Shown here one piece after another: positions 30,981 to 40,784 of a DNA stretch of 64,000 bases. A program made the position numbers and the translations under genes. Source of the stretch: Candidatus Saccharimonadia bacterium (GTDB lineage Bacteria; Patescibacteriota; Saccharimonadia; CAILAD01; BJGX01). Under the pieces are notes generated by a model. That model was not told the origin of the DNA. It saw only the letters and a program-made list of their open reading frames with translations, and made no database searches. The first letter of the stretch is position 1. Each line of letters begins with the position of its first letter. The stretch spans positions 3,573-67,572 of the forward strand of contig JBCLLP010000001.1 in assembly GCA_039738615.1 (NCBI GenBank), read 5' to 3'.

Positions 30981-32009
30981 ATGAAAAAAACCTACACCAT
31001 CAATGTAATATCTGATAGCGCCTTTAGCGTACAGGGCCATGGCGTACATACTGCCTACACCGAGCATTTGGCAGGACTCAAAAAGTATTCTCCAGAGTTT
31101 GAGGTTCATACCAATCAAAAAAACTTCAAGGCAGACATTATCCATATTCATACCGTTGGGCTGTATGGCCTACGATTCCTGCTCTCCAGGGGAAGCCTAA
31201 TATTTGTCTCAGCTCATGTGGTTCCAGATTCATTTATTGGAAGCTTGGTTGGCGCAAAATATTGGTACCCATTGGCAAAAATGTATCTCAGATGGTTTTA
31301 TAATCGTGCCGATGGTGTGTTTGCTGTAAGCCATGAAGTCCAGGACCAGCTCAAAAAAATGAATGTTACTAAGCCAACCTATGTGGTGCCGAATATGATC
31401 GAAACATCCGACTTTACCAATTCTCCAGATAAAAAAGCAGCCGCAAGAAAGCTACTGGGTATAGGCAAAGACAAATTCGTGGTGGTCTGTAATGGGCAAG
31501 TACAGCCTCGTAAGCGAGTTGATAGCTTTATGGCCTGCGCCAAGAAGCTACCTGAAATGGAGTTTATTTGGGTTGGGGGCATTCCCTTTAAACACGCTGC
31601 TGCAAACTATTCCCAAATGCAAAAATTAATGGAAAATGCCCCGCCAAATGTTCATTTTACAGGGGTTATAGAACACAAGGATGTTTTTGCCTACTACCAA
31701 GCCTCAGACCTATTCTTCCTACCGTCAGAGCAAGAGACTTTTGGGATTGTAATAATCGAAGGTGCTGCTGCTGGGCTACCCGTGCTATTGCGCGACAACG
31801 AGCAATACCATATAACATTTAAGAACTGGTACGAGGAAGCCGCCAGCGATGAAGGCTTCGAGAAAGTCATTAAAAAGCTATCAACCGACAAGACTTACTA
31901 CCTGCAGGCTCAAAAGCGGGCCGAGCATATTGTCTTGGCCTATGACACCAGGACAGTAATGAAAAAAATAAAGAAAATATACCTAAGCTACTTAGGTAAA
32001 AAGAAATGA
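30981..32009 (+). CDS. GT4 glycosyltransferase, CpoA / diglycosyl-diacylglycerol synthase-like
   Basis: GHGVHTAY, HIHTVG, HVVPDSFIGSL, GQVQPRK and PSEQETFG...E. Confidence 0.85.
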   Translation: MKKTYTINVISDSAFSVQGHGVHTAYTEHLAGLKKYSPEFEVHTNQKNFKADIIHIHTVGLYGLRFLLSRGSLIFVSAHVVPDSFIGSLVGAKYWYPLAKMYLRWFYNRADGVFAVSHEVQDQLKKMNVTKPTYVVPNMIETSDFTNSPDKKAAARKLLGIGKDKFVVVCNGQVQPRKRVDSFMACAKKLPEMEFIWVGGIPFKHAAANYSQMQKLMENAPPNVHFTGVIEHKDVFAYYQASDLFFLPSEQETFGIVIIEGAAAGLPVLLRDNEQYHITFKNWYEEAASDEGFEKVIKKLSTDKTYYLQAQKRAEHIVLAYDTRTVMKKIKKIYLSYLGKKK

Positions 32010-33241
32010 AAATTGGCTTTTTTACAGATAGATTCTACCCCCAAGTAGATGGTGTGGCCGTATCCACCAATTTGTTTGCGCGCGAGCTTATTCGCCAGGG
32101 CCACGAAGTAATAATATTTTGCCCAGACTCTCCCCTAAGGTCCAAAAAAGAACCCAGCTACATAGTCCGCTTTAGGTCATTTCCGAGTATCTGGTATGAG
32201 CACCACCGTGACACGATACCTTTTACGCCGGCCATTATCAGAAAAGTTCGATCATACAATCTTGATATTATTCATATCCAAACCCCAGCTCAAATAGGTA
32301 TCTTGGGTATGCGAATCGCTAAGGAGAGTGATATTCCAATCGTGGTTACCCACCACACCGACATTGCCCAGTACATTTATGTTTATAAAAAAATTATGGT
32401 AGGGATTCTAATGGGTATAGTAATCACTCCTGCACTAATGAAAACACCTGATAAATATAAAGAGCTTTTGCCAAGCCTCAAGCCCAATAAATCACTTAAA
32501 AAATGGAATCGTAATTTAATCCTAGAAAGCGTTGGGCTGTTTTATAAAAACTGTAATCTTGTGATAGTACCATCACAGAAAATGAAAGATTCTCTGAAGG
32601 AATACGGCAAGCTCGATAATGTTCATATCCTACCTACCGGTATTGACCCAGCGGAGTCAAAGATAACCAGTGACTTTGAGCCGAGGGATTTCTTTGGGAT
32701 TACTGATAACGCACCACTGCTAATATTCGTTGGCAGGCTTGGTAAAGAAAAGAATATCCAGCTAATAATTAGCAGTATGCCTAGAATACTCAAGCCAAGC
32801 CCCACCACCAAACTATTAATTGTTGGAGATGGCCCATACCACCAGGAACTAGTTGAGCTTACCGAGCGCCAAGGCGTGAGTAATAGCGTAATATTTGCTG
32901 GGGTGCTTGGTAGAGAAAAAGTATATAAATGCCTAAAGGCTGCTGATATATTCTGCTTTGCATCCACTACTGACACCCAGGGTCTAGTGCTAAACGAGGC
33001 TGCCATTGAATCATTGCCTGTGGTATTTTTAGATGATCAAATATCCCCTCTAGCCCAAGATAAAATCACCGGTATAATGTCTAAAAATACCCCAGTAAGC
33101 TTTAGTAAGGCCTGCCTAAAACTTATTCATAGCCCCCAACTTGCCAAGCATTATGGTGCTAAGGCCAAGCAGCTAGTTCTTCAGATATCCATCCAAAAGC
33201 AAACCCAAAAACTCATTAAGCTCTACCTAGAACTTCTCTAG
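32006..33241 (+). CDS. GT4 glycosyltransferase, monoglycosyl-diacylglycerol synthase-like
   Basis: MKIGFFTD.FYPQVDGV, HIQTP, THHT, GRLGKEKN and STTDTQGLV..EA; ATGA overlap with the upstream GT4. Confidence 0.85.
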   Translation: MKIGFFTDRFYPQVDGVAVSTNLFARELIRQGHEVIIFCPDSPLRSKKEPSYIVRFRSFPSIWYEHHRDTIPFTPAIIRKVRSYNLDIIHIQTPAQIGILGMRIAKESDIPIVVTHHTDIAQYIYVYKKIMVGILMGIVITPALMKTPDKYKELLPSLKPNKSLKKWNRNLILESVGLFYKNCNLVIVPSQKMKDSLKEYGKLDNVHILPTGIDPAESKITSDFEPRDFFGITDNAPLLIFVGRLGKEKNIQLIISSMPRILKPSPTTKLLIVGDGPYHQELVELTERQGVSNSVIFAGVLGREKVYKCLKAADIFCFASTTDTQGLVLNEAAIESLPVVFLDDQISPLAQDKITGIMSKNTPVSFSKACLKLIHSPQLAKHYGAKAKQLVLQISIQKQTQKLIKLYLELL

Positions 33242-33283
33242 AATATATAGTATAAGAACCTAAATCTTGCTAACATAAGAACT

Positions 33284-34399
33284 ATGAATACAGATGATGC
33301 AAAATTCAAGTCAGCGCGCAATTTTCATAAAGCTCCCCTGCGTCCCCCAAAAACGTCAAAAACTGCATTTAATGATTCTTTTAATGACTATGTAGTCTGT
33401 GAAATCAGCACAGAAGTAATTAGCCCTAGCGATGCTTGGCAATGCAAGCCCCTATTGCTAGAAATTAATGGTATTGAAACAGAGATAAGACGTGACTACC
33501 TGTTTGATGAATATGTCATTATATCTCCCGGCAGGGGGAAACGCCACTATGACACTAAAAGGAACCGCCACCCGCTGATCGAGACTGCTGATAGCCCTAG
33601 GATAGATCTTGAAAAGGAAGTTTATAGTATAACCCAAGACCACCACTGGCTTGTGAAGGTGGTAGAGAACAGATTTTCGGCACTAACCACCAATAATCCC
33701 AAGGCCTATGGCAAGCAGGAGCTAGTCCTAGATACTCCCCTGGCCAATAAATCTTTTGCCTCTCTGCCAATCGCACAGATAGAAAATGTATTAAATGCTT
33801 ACCAAGCTAGAATTACCAAGCTACTTGCGCTCAATAATATTGCCTATGTCTTAATTTTTAGAAATGATGGCTTTGAAGCTGGGGCTAGCTTGGCCCACGC
33901 CCACAGCCAGATATTCGCCCTGCCAATAGTACCCAAGCGCTTTATGGAGCACTCCAAGCATATTGAAGAATACTTTATGGACAAGAAGAAAGAGCCCATA
34001 GAAGACATTATCCACTTCGAGAAAACCCATAAGAAGCGAGTGGTTGCCGAAGACCAACATTTTATTGCTATTTGCCCCTATGCCTCTCAATACCCTTTTG
34101 AGGTCTGGCTGATTCCCAAGCAACACGCCACTAGCTTTAGTGAGTTTAATAAAGCCCAGATTAAAGCATGCTCTAAACATTTAAAATATCTCACCTCCAA
34201 GCTTACCGACGCCCAAATCAGCTATAACTTTTTTATTGAGAATGGCGTAAGCCCGCACTACCGATGCATAATTAAGATCTATGGTAGAAGCAGTATATGG
34301 GGTGGCTTTGAAGTAGCCACAGGGATGATTATAAACACCGTACCTCCAGAATCAGCCGCTAGCTGGTACAAAAGCACCGACCGTAAATCACAGCTTTAG
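33284..34399 (+). CDS. galT: Galactose-1-phosphate uridylyltransferase (GalT-like HIT family)
   Basis: VKVVENRF, FRNDGFEAGASLAHAHSQ (HxHxQ) and PFEVWLIPKQH. Confidence 0.8.
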   Translation: MNTDDAKFKSARNFHKAPLRPPKTSKTAFNDSFNDYVVCEISTEVISPSDAWQCKPLLLEINGIETEIRRDYLFDEYVIISPGRGKRHYDTKRNRHPLIETADSPRIDLEKEVYSITQDHHWLVKVVENRFSALTTNNPKAYGKQELVLDTPLANKSFASLPIAQIENVLNAYQARITKLLALNNIAYVLIFRNDGFEAGASLAHAHSQIFALPIVPKRFMEHSKHIEEYFMDKKKEPIEDIIHFEKTHKKRVVAEDQHFIAICPYASQYPFEVWLIPKQHATSFSEFNKAQIKACSKHLKYLTSKLTDAQISYNFFIENGVSPHYRCIIKIYGRSSIWGGFEVATGMIINTVPPESAASWYKSTDRKSQL

Positions 34400-34415
34400 G
34401 TGTTATAATATACCC

Positions 34416-34700
34416 ATCCTAGCTCTCGCGGAGCTCTGGTTATCATTATGCGCCCGTAGTGATGTAAAAACCCAGGAAGGGTACAAACCTGGCTACAGAT
34501 GAGCCCGTTTGCAGAAAATGTTCTTATGGAGATGGGCACCCACTCCAGCCATCATGGCATAAGTTATGTGTACACATAAATAAAAATCCTCATACCATCA
34601 AATTGATTTAGGCGCCAAGCCTCCACCAGTCAGGCAATAATCAATCATCAAATAGCCCCCTGCCCTTCTCATTTCATCAAGTGAGGAGGGCTTTTATTTT
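34416..34700 (+). ncRNA. Putative structured ncRNA (~280 nt) between galT and comM
   Basis: Extended -10 TGTTATAAT at 34401-34409; several hairpins enclosed by gcgcc/ggcgc; terminator gcccttctca/tgaggagggc plus T-run at 34662-34700; no ORF. Confidence 0.5.
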
Positions 34701-34762
34701 GATTACACTTGCTTTTCGGTTTTTGTTTGTATAATATGGTATAGAACAAAGGGGGTTAAATT

Positions 34763-36259
34763 ATGTTAGCTAAAGTAAATACCATTTCAAATATCGGCCT
34801 AGAATGCAATTTAATAGAAGTGGAAACAGATATGAGCAATGGATTGCCGAGCTTTATTATTATTGGCTTAGTCAGTAAGGCTGTCGAGGAGGCCAAAGAA
34901 AGAGTCCGCTCTGCTATCAAGAATTCTAATCTTAATCTTCCGCCCAGGAGGATTACTATCAATCTAGCCCCTGCCAACCTACCCAAAAATGGCTCTTGCT
35001 TTGATTTAGCTATGGCCGTTAGCCTGCTGTGGTCAAGTAAGCAGATAAGTACTGTTGCTGGCTCTACCGGCTTTCTTGGCGAGTTAGGGCTAGATGGTAC
35101 GACTAGAGCAATTCCTGGCGCCCTAGCTGCTGCTCAGGCCTGCCAGGACAATCACATCACCGACCTCTACATCTCTGCCGAGGTGGCTAGCCAGGCCGCT
35201 CTAGTTAGGGGTATTAATGTTTATCCCGTCAAATCATTATTTGAGCTATATCAGCACCTTATTGGCGAAAAGCTCATAACTCCCCTACTACCAACTAGAG
35301 TTAGCTCATCACAAGCCATCGCCGAGATAAATCTATCGGAGGTTTATGGCCAGCAACAAGCCAAGCGAGCAATCGAAATATCAGCTAGTGGTAATCATAA
35401 TATACTTATGAGCGGCCCTCCTGGATCTGGCAAATCAATGCTAGCTAAAGCTCTGGTAGGCCTACTGCCTCCACCAGACTACTCTGAGGTCCTTGAAATT
35501 ACTAAAATACACAGTATTTCTGGTCAATCAAGCGAAGAAATTATGACCACTAGACCATACAGGAGCCCCCACCACACAGCCAGCAATATCGCTCTAATTG
35601 GTGGTGGGCAGTGGCCAAAACCAGGCGAAATAAGCATGGCCCACAGAGGCGTACTATTCCTAGATGAGCTTCCAGAGTTTAGCAGGAACACACTAGAGGT
35701 GTTAAGGCAGCCCCTAGAAGAGGGTAAGGTCACTATATCTCGAGCGACCTCTTCGCAGTGCTACCCTGCTAAGTTCCTATTGGTAGCAGCCCAGAACCCC
35801 TGCCCTTGTGGCTATGCTGGCGACCAGGATGTGAACTGTAGCTGTACTCCATCACAGGTTCAGCGCTACTCTAGCAAGGTTTCAGGGCCCCTGCTAGATA
35901 GGCTAGATCTAGTAGTTAATGTTGAAAGGGTCAAAAAATCCCAGCTACTAGAGGCCAGCTCTGCTGAATCCACCTCAGATGTTCGCAAAAGAGTACTCAA
36001 AGCCCGCAAACTTCAATCCACTAGGTTCGCAGATGAGGCAATAAATACCAATAACGAAATGAGTAATAAACAAATAAAAAAATTCTGTCAGTTAGATGAG
36101 CAAGCTATTGCTCTGCTAGACCAAGCCATTAACAACCTAAAGCTCTCGGCTAGAGCATATATGAGAATATTAAAAGTCGGGCGTACCATCGCCGATCTTG
36201 ATAGTACAAGCACTATTGAGTCAAAACATATTGCCGAGGCCCTACAATATAGGCACTAG
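34763..36259 (+). CDS. comM: YifB/ComM Mg-chelatase-like AAA+ ATPase
   Basis: ITINLAPA, GPPGSGKS, RSPHHTAS, GVLFLDELPEF, NPCPCG and SGPLLDR. Confidence 0.93.
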   Translation: MLAKVNTISNIGLECNLIEVETDMSNGLPSFIIIGLVSKAVEEAKERVRSAIKNSNLNLPPRRITINLAPANLPKNGSCFDLAMAVSLLWSSKQISTVAGSTGFLGELGLDGTTRAIPGALAAAQACQDNHITDLYISAEVASQAALVRGINVYPVKSLFELYQHLIGEKLITPLLPTRVSSSQAIAEINLSEVYGQQQAKRAIEISASGNHNILMSGPPGSGKSMLAKALVGLLPPPDYSEVLEITKIHSISGQSSEEIMTTRPYRSPHHTASNIALIGGGQWPKPGEISMAHRGVLFLDELPEFSRNTLEVLRQPLEEGKVTISRATSSQCYPAKFLLVAAQNPCPCGYAGDQDVNCSCTPSQVQRYSSKVSGPLLDRLDLVVNVERVKKSQLLEASSAESTSDVRKRVLKARKLQSTRFADEAINTNNEMSNKQIKKFCQLDEQAIALLDQAINNLKLSARAYMRILKVGRTIADLDSTSTIESKHIAEALQYRH

Positions 36260-36263
36260 GCTA

Positions 36264-36575
36264 TTAATTATTTATTTTGATGAAGCCATAAACAGAGTTA
36301 GCCACACCCAGATTGGACATCAGTAAGGCAATCGCAATAAATGCCATAATAATTATGCCCAGCAATAGTAAGCTAAACCTTACATCTGATATTACCAGCT
36401 TATTCTGAGTATTCGTCACTGGCGTATTTTCTATTTTTTTAGGCTCTTTAGCCTCTATTTTAGAAATAGTAGAGGGCTTATTACCATTAGTTGTATTTTT
36501 TACTACACTACTATTTTGCTTACGTAATTTTTTGGTATACTTACTGTGTTTGTGACGTTTCTTGCGTTTTGCCAT
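36264..36575 (-). CDS. Hypothetical protein with a basic N-terminus and a C-terminal TM helix
   Basis: 103-aa ORF with an upstream GGAG Shine-Dalgarno-like sequence. Confidence 0.65.
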   Translation of the reverse strand: MAKRKKRHKHSKYTKKLRKQNSSVVKNTTNGNKPSTISKIEAKEPKKIENTPVTNTQNKLVISDVRFSLLLLGIIIMAFIAIALLMSNLGVANSVYGFIKINN

Positions 36576-36678
36576 TACTTTGCAGTCTCCTGTTTAGATA
36601 CATTGTAGTCCCCTTGCCCCAATTTGCCAAGCTCTCTATACCAATCTATAATACAATATAATCAAAGAATTATATATT

Positions 36679-37143
36679 ATGGAATTCATATTATTACTAC
36701 TTTTATTTATCACCAGCTCACTAGCAGGCTATACTTTATGGCAACAAATTCTTCTCAAAAAAAAGTATGGGCAATTCCTTAAAGGGGCTGACGCCAAGCA
36801 AATAGAAGTAGCTCTCAAAAAATATACTGCTAGCGTAGATAGCTCATTATCACAATTAGATGAGCTGGCTGGGTTTGTCGCAAAACTTCACAAGACTCAG
36901 CGATTAGCTTTTTCTAGGACAGGCCTAGTACGGTATAACCCCTTTGGGGATACGGGCGGAGACCAAAGCTTTTGCTTGGCACTACTTGATAATACCAATA
37001 GTGGATTTGTTATATCAGCAGTTCATGCCCGCTCGGGTACAAGAGTCTATGCAAAGGATGTATTTGAGGGTAAATCAACACATAATACCTCTCAAGAAGA
37101 AGACCGCGCTATTAGCCAGGCTTCCGAGCATAGGAAAAAATAA
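36679..37143 (+). CDS. DUF4446-family membrane-anchored protein
   Basis: GLVRYNPFGDTGGDQSFCLALLD and RVYAK. Confidence 0.85.
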   Translation: MEFILLLLLFITSSLAGYTLWQQILLKKKYGQFLKGADAKQIEVALKKYTASVDSSLSQLDELAGFVAKLHKTQRLAFSRTGLVRYNPFGDTGGDQSFCLALLDNTNSGFVISAVHARSGTRVYAKDVFEGKSTHNTSQEEDRAISQASEHRKK

Positions 37144-37146
37144 CCA

Positions 37147-37509
37147 ATGTTTAGAAAGAGCCAAAAAGGACATATATCGGAGCTAGTGGCGTACTCAGGC
37201 TTCTACATTGGGCCAGAAATCGAAGCAAATGGGCAAATAAATACTGATGAAGATGTATATATTGATGGCAAATTTACAGGAGAAATATCTACAGAAGGTG
37301 TAGTTGAACTAGGCAAAAATGCTATCTTTAGGGGTGCCATTAAGGCTCGCTCAGTAATCCTAGAAGGCCAGGCAAAGGCAGAGATTAACGCAACGGAAAG
37401 TATAGTGATATCTGGCTGTGGCCAGCTAATAGGCTCGGCCGTATCAAAAAATATCAGTGTTGATAGTGGAGCACTACTCAAGGCAGATCTTACTGCGGGG
37501 TCCTCATAG
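37147..37509 (+). CDS. Bactofilin (polymer-forming cytoskeletal protein)
   Basis: IGPEIEANGQI..DEDVYIDGKFTGEI...beta-helical repeats. Confidence 0.85.
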   Translation: MFRKSQKGHISELVAYSGFYIGPEIEANGQINTDEDVYIDGKFTGEISTEGVVELGKNAIFRGAIKARSVILEGQAKAEINATESIVISGCGQLIGSAVSKNISVDSGALLKADLTAGSS

Positions 37510-37511
37510 CA

Positions 37512-38300
37512 ATGTATTTATATCTTAAAAATACCAATACCCTACTCGATGATGATACTACCGTTAAGATAGTAGATGAGCTCACAAGGAATCACATTGC
37601 TGCCGAAATTAAGAGTTTTGAATCGGAGGCTAAGCTCATTAGCATACTCTCCACTATTAGCAAATCTAGCACCAACACCTTAGTAATGATTGGCAATAAA
37701 CAGGACTTTGAAACTCTTATCGGGCAAGCAGGCCTAGTTGATAGTGGCATAGCTATTGGGTTTTTAGACATAAATAAGTTCAAAAAGGGCCCTAAAATAA
37801 TCTCCCACGACTGGCAACAACAGATAGAGGCACTAGCCCATAGGCGTATTAAAGAAACAACCGTGTATTCAATAGGATCTAGGTACTTTCTTGATAATAT
37901 TTCACTCACCTTTGGACCAAGTAGTAAGCCAAAGCCAATACTCGTAACCGTTGACGAAGTTTTAGATATTCATCTGCCTATTTGCCAGCTAGAATTCCAA
38001 AACAACACCCTTGATAGCTTCCAAATCACAAAACCAATACACCTTAGTGCTACTTCAGTATCAGATAATAAACCCCCCCAATCCAATGATTTATTAGGCG
38101 GGCTAATTCGCCGGATATCTTCGCCAAATACTAATGTTAATAAGCAGCTCACTAGCCTCTATGGCAAATCCTACCTCATCGAGGCTAATACCAAAATCAC
38201 CGACAATCTCAACCGAGAATACAAAAATAGTTTTTATATAGGAAAAACGAGCAAAAAGATACGGCTCGTTTCCCAAAAAGCTAGCAAACGGGACGAGTAA
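37512..38300 (+). CDS. Hypothetical protein, possibly a degenerate diacylglycerol-kinase-like fold
   Basis: TLVMIGN..DF..L..IAIGFL resembles the DAGK N-lobe, but the GGDGT motif is absent. Confidence 0.45.
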   Translation: MYLYLKNTNTLLDDDTTVKIVDELTRNHIAAEIKSFESEAKLISILSTISKSSTNTLVMIGNKQDFETLIGQAGLVDSGIAIGFLDINKFKKGPKIISHDWQQQIEALAHRRIKETTVYSIGSRYFLDNISLTFGPSSKPKPILVTVDEVLDIHLPICQLEFQNNTLDSFQITKPIHLSATSVSDNKPPQSNDLLGGLIRRISSPNTNVNKQLTSLYGKSYLIEANTKITDNLNREYKNSFYIGKTSKKIRLVSQKASKRDE

Positions 38301-38322
38301 CCCTTTTAGCTCGCTCTCGGAC

Positions 38323-38351
38323 TTGTCAAGCAACAGCTTTCATGTTAATAT
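38323..38351 (+). promoter_or_regulatory. sigma70 promoter of infC-rpmI-rplT
   Basis: TTGTCA-17nt-TAATAT with an extended -10 TG. Confidence 0.65.
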
Positions 38352-38379
38352 TATTCGGAGCTTTTATGGAGATATATCA

Positions 38380-38964
38380 ATAAAAAAACGACTTCGTCTT
38401 AATCATCAGATATCGGCATCTACCGTTAGACTACTCGATGCTGAATCGAAACAGATTGGGGTTGTGCCAATATCCGAGGCATTAAATATCGCCAAAGATC
38501 AAGGCTATGATTTAGCAGAAATATCTCCTGATGCGGATCCACCTGTGTGTAAGCTACTAGATTGGGGTAAGTACCAATACGAGCAAGCCAAGCAGGATGC
38601 CAAGAACCGTAAAAAGCAGCGCAATATCGAGGTCAAGCAAGTTCGGATGGGCCTTAAGATAGGCCAGCACGACATCGAAGTAAAGCAGAGAGCCACCATT
38701 AAGTTCCTCGAGGCTGGCAATAAAGTTAAACTAACCGCCAGATTCAAGGGTCGCGAGATGGCTCGCCCCGATATTGGGCAGGCTGTACTGATGAAGTTTT
38801 TTGAAGGCTTGTCAGATATAGCAATAATCGAACAAAACCCAATAATGACAGGCCGCGATATGTCCCTAGTGATAAATCTAGCCAAACAAGCGGTCATTAA
38901 GCCCAAACTACCAGAAGTAAAGGACAAGGACAAGGACAAAGACAATGCCAAAGATAAAGACTAG
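38380..38964 (+). CDS. infC: Translation initiation factor IF-3 with a probable ATA start
   Basis: RLNHQI, PPVCKLLDWGKYQYE and KVKL..RFKGRE; GGAGA lies 7 nt before the in-frame ATA at 38380; the ORF-track TTG at 38323 is the -35 box. Confidence 0.93.
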   Translation: MKKRLRLNHQISASTVRLLDAESKQIGVVPISEALNIAKDQGYDLAEISPDADPPVCKLLDWGKYQYEQAKQDAKNRKKQRNIEVKQVRMGLKIGQHDIEVKQRATIKFLEAGNKVKLTARFKGREMARPDIGQAVLMKFFEGLSDIAIIEQNPIMTGRDMSLVINLAKQAVIKPKLPEVKDKDKDKDNAKDKD

Positions 38965-39139
38965 TAAAACAACAGCTAAAAGATTCAAAATTACCGCCAC
39001 CGGCAAAATTATGCGCCGCAAGGCTACCCGTGGGCACCGCAAAACCATTAAGTCCGCATCCCGTAAGCGAGCTTATAGTATCGAGCACCCTGCTTCGACA
39101 TCTGATGTAAAAAATATTAAAAAAGCCCTAGGAATCTAA
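38945..39139 (+). CDS. rpmI: 50S ribosomal protein L35
   Basis: [18 protein letters not shown]; sits between infC and rplT. Confidence 0.95.
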   Translation: MPKIKTSKTTAKRFKITATGKIMRRKATRGHRKTIKSASRKRAYSIEHPASTSDVKNIKKALGI

Positions 39140-39140
39140 T

Positions 39141-39482
39141 ATGAGAGTTAAAAGAGGCGTAAGCACCCACAAAAGACATAAGAAAATTATAAAACTAACC
39201 AAGGGTTACTCTAAAATCCGCAGAAGCTCTTATCGTAAGGCCAATGAAGCCGTAATTAAGGCTCTAAGCTATCAGTACCGCGATAGACGCAACAAAAAGC
39301 GCGACTTTAGAAGCTTATGGATTACAAGAATTTCAGCTGCTGCTAAACAAAACGGCATGAGCTACTCTAGCCTAATAGCTGGGCTCAAGAAAGCAAATAT
39401 TGGTCTCAATCGTAAAGTCCTAGCCGAGCTAGCTGTAAGCCAACCTAAAGCCTTTAGCGAAATAGTCAAGCTAGCCAAGTAA
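39141..39482 (+). CDS. rplT: 50S ribosomal protein L20
   Basis: [26 protein letters not shown] and [10 protein letters not shown]. Confidence 0.97.
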   Translation: MRVKRGVSTHKRHKKIIKLTKGYSKIRRSSYRKANEAVIKALSYQYRDRRNKKRDFRSLWITRISAAAKQNGMSYSSLIAGLKKANIGLNRKVLAELAVSQPKAFSEIVKLAK

Positions 39483-39490
39483 ATATTCAT

Positions 39491-39530
39491 TAAAAAAGAC
39501 CCTTGCTTGTTGCCAGAAGGGTCTTTTTTA
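39491..39530. terminator. Bidirectional intrinsic terminator
   Basis: taaaaaagaccctt/aagggtctttttta between convergent rplT and the ABC permease gene. Confidence 0.85.
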
Positions 39531-39542
39531 ATACTGATGAAC

Positions 39543-40784
39543 TTACAGAGACTTGAGCGCCTGGATAGGACTCTTTTTAGCAGCTTTTAGGGCTGGGGCT
39601 GTTCCAAACACTACTCCGACAAACAAACTAACGCCTATCGCTACCAAAAGAGCTTTAATGCTATATATGGGCGTGATACCAGTTAGCCTTTTAATAACAA
39701 ACCCTGCTATATAGGATAAGCCTAGCCCTAGTAGCCCGCCAATGAGTGAAATTATAATTGATTCTGTCATAAATTGGCCCATAATATCCCCAAAAGTAGC
39801 GCCTAGGGCCTTGCGAATACCAATCTCCCTGGTCCGTTCTGTCACAGTTACCAGCATAATATTCATAATCCCTATCCCACCTACTATCAGGCTAATAGCA
39901 GCTATCGCCACCACAAAAGTAGTAAGAATATTCAAAATACTATCAAAGGCTCCAAGCAATTCTTCCTGCGATAGCACACTAAAGTCATCACTGCCCATGT
40001 GATTTGCTTTAATAGACTGGTCTAGCGAGCTCTTTACGGAAGCTACATTTCCAGCGTCATTAACCTGCACAATAATTCTATAAATATCATTTTTACCAAT
40101 CAACTCTGTGGCGGTGTTAGTTGGGATATACACAATATCGTCAGAGGCTGCCCCAAAGCTAAGGCCACCATCAACCTTAGCAGTTACTCCGATAATTTTA
40201 AATTCCTTGCCTCTCATCGTGATGGTTTTACCGATAGGGTCTTGATCGCCAAAAACATTGTCCTTTGTAGCTGAGCCAATAACTGCCACATAGCTAGAGT
40301 TTTTATTATCTTCATTGGTAAAGAAGTTGCCATTAGCTAGCTTGGTGCTACGAATACTAAAATAACTCGAGTCAGTAGCAGTCACAAAAGCAGTGCTACT
40401 ATTGAGTGTGCCCCTAGTAATAGAAGATGAAATAATACTTAATGTTGCTACATCTACAACATCGCTTGTTTGTCGAGCTGTTTGGGCATCTTGCTGGGTG
40501 AGCGTGCTAGCTCCTAGGCTACTACCAAGGCTAATACCAGCTGACCTCTGTTGCTGGCCATTTCGCGCTGTGCTAGACTGTCCAATCTTACCTGATGCAA
40601 TAGTTAATACATTAGTGCCAAGGCTAGAAACCTGACCACCTACCTGGGCCTTAACGCCATCGCCAACACCTACCATCACCAATACCGCGAAGACACCTAT
40701 AGCTACCCCTAGTGCAGTCAAAAAAGAGCGCATTTTGGCAGATCTAATAGACTGCAGAGCTGTTTTGATATCTTGCCAAATCAT
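39543..40784 (-). CDS. MacB/FtsX-family ABC transporter permease
   Basis: RSFLTALGVAIG and GGIGIMNIMLVTVTERTREIGIRKALGA. Confidence 0.93.
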   Translation of the reverse strand: MIWQDIKTALQSIRSAKMRSFLTALGVAIGVFAVLVMVGVGDGVKAQVGGQVSSLGTNVLTIASGKIGQSSTARNGQQQRSAGISLGSSLGASTLTQQDAQTARQTSDVVDVATLSIISSSITRGTLNSSTAFVTATDSSYFSIRSTKLANGNFFTNEDNKNSSYVAVIGSATKDNVFGDQDPIGKTITMRGKEFKIIGVTAKVDGGLSFGAASDDIVYIPTNTATELIGKNDIYRIIVQVNDAGNVASVKSSLDQSIKANHMGSDDFSVLSQEELLGAFDSILNILTTFVVAIAAISLIVGGIGIMNIMLVTVTERTREIGIRKALGATFGDIMGQFMTESIIISLIGGLLGLGLSYIAGFVIKRLTGITPIYSIKALLVAIGVSLFVGVVFGTAPALKAAKKSPIQALKSL

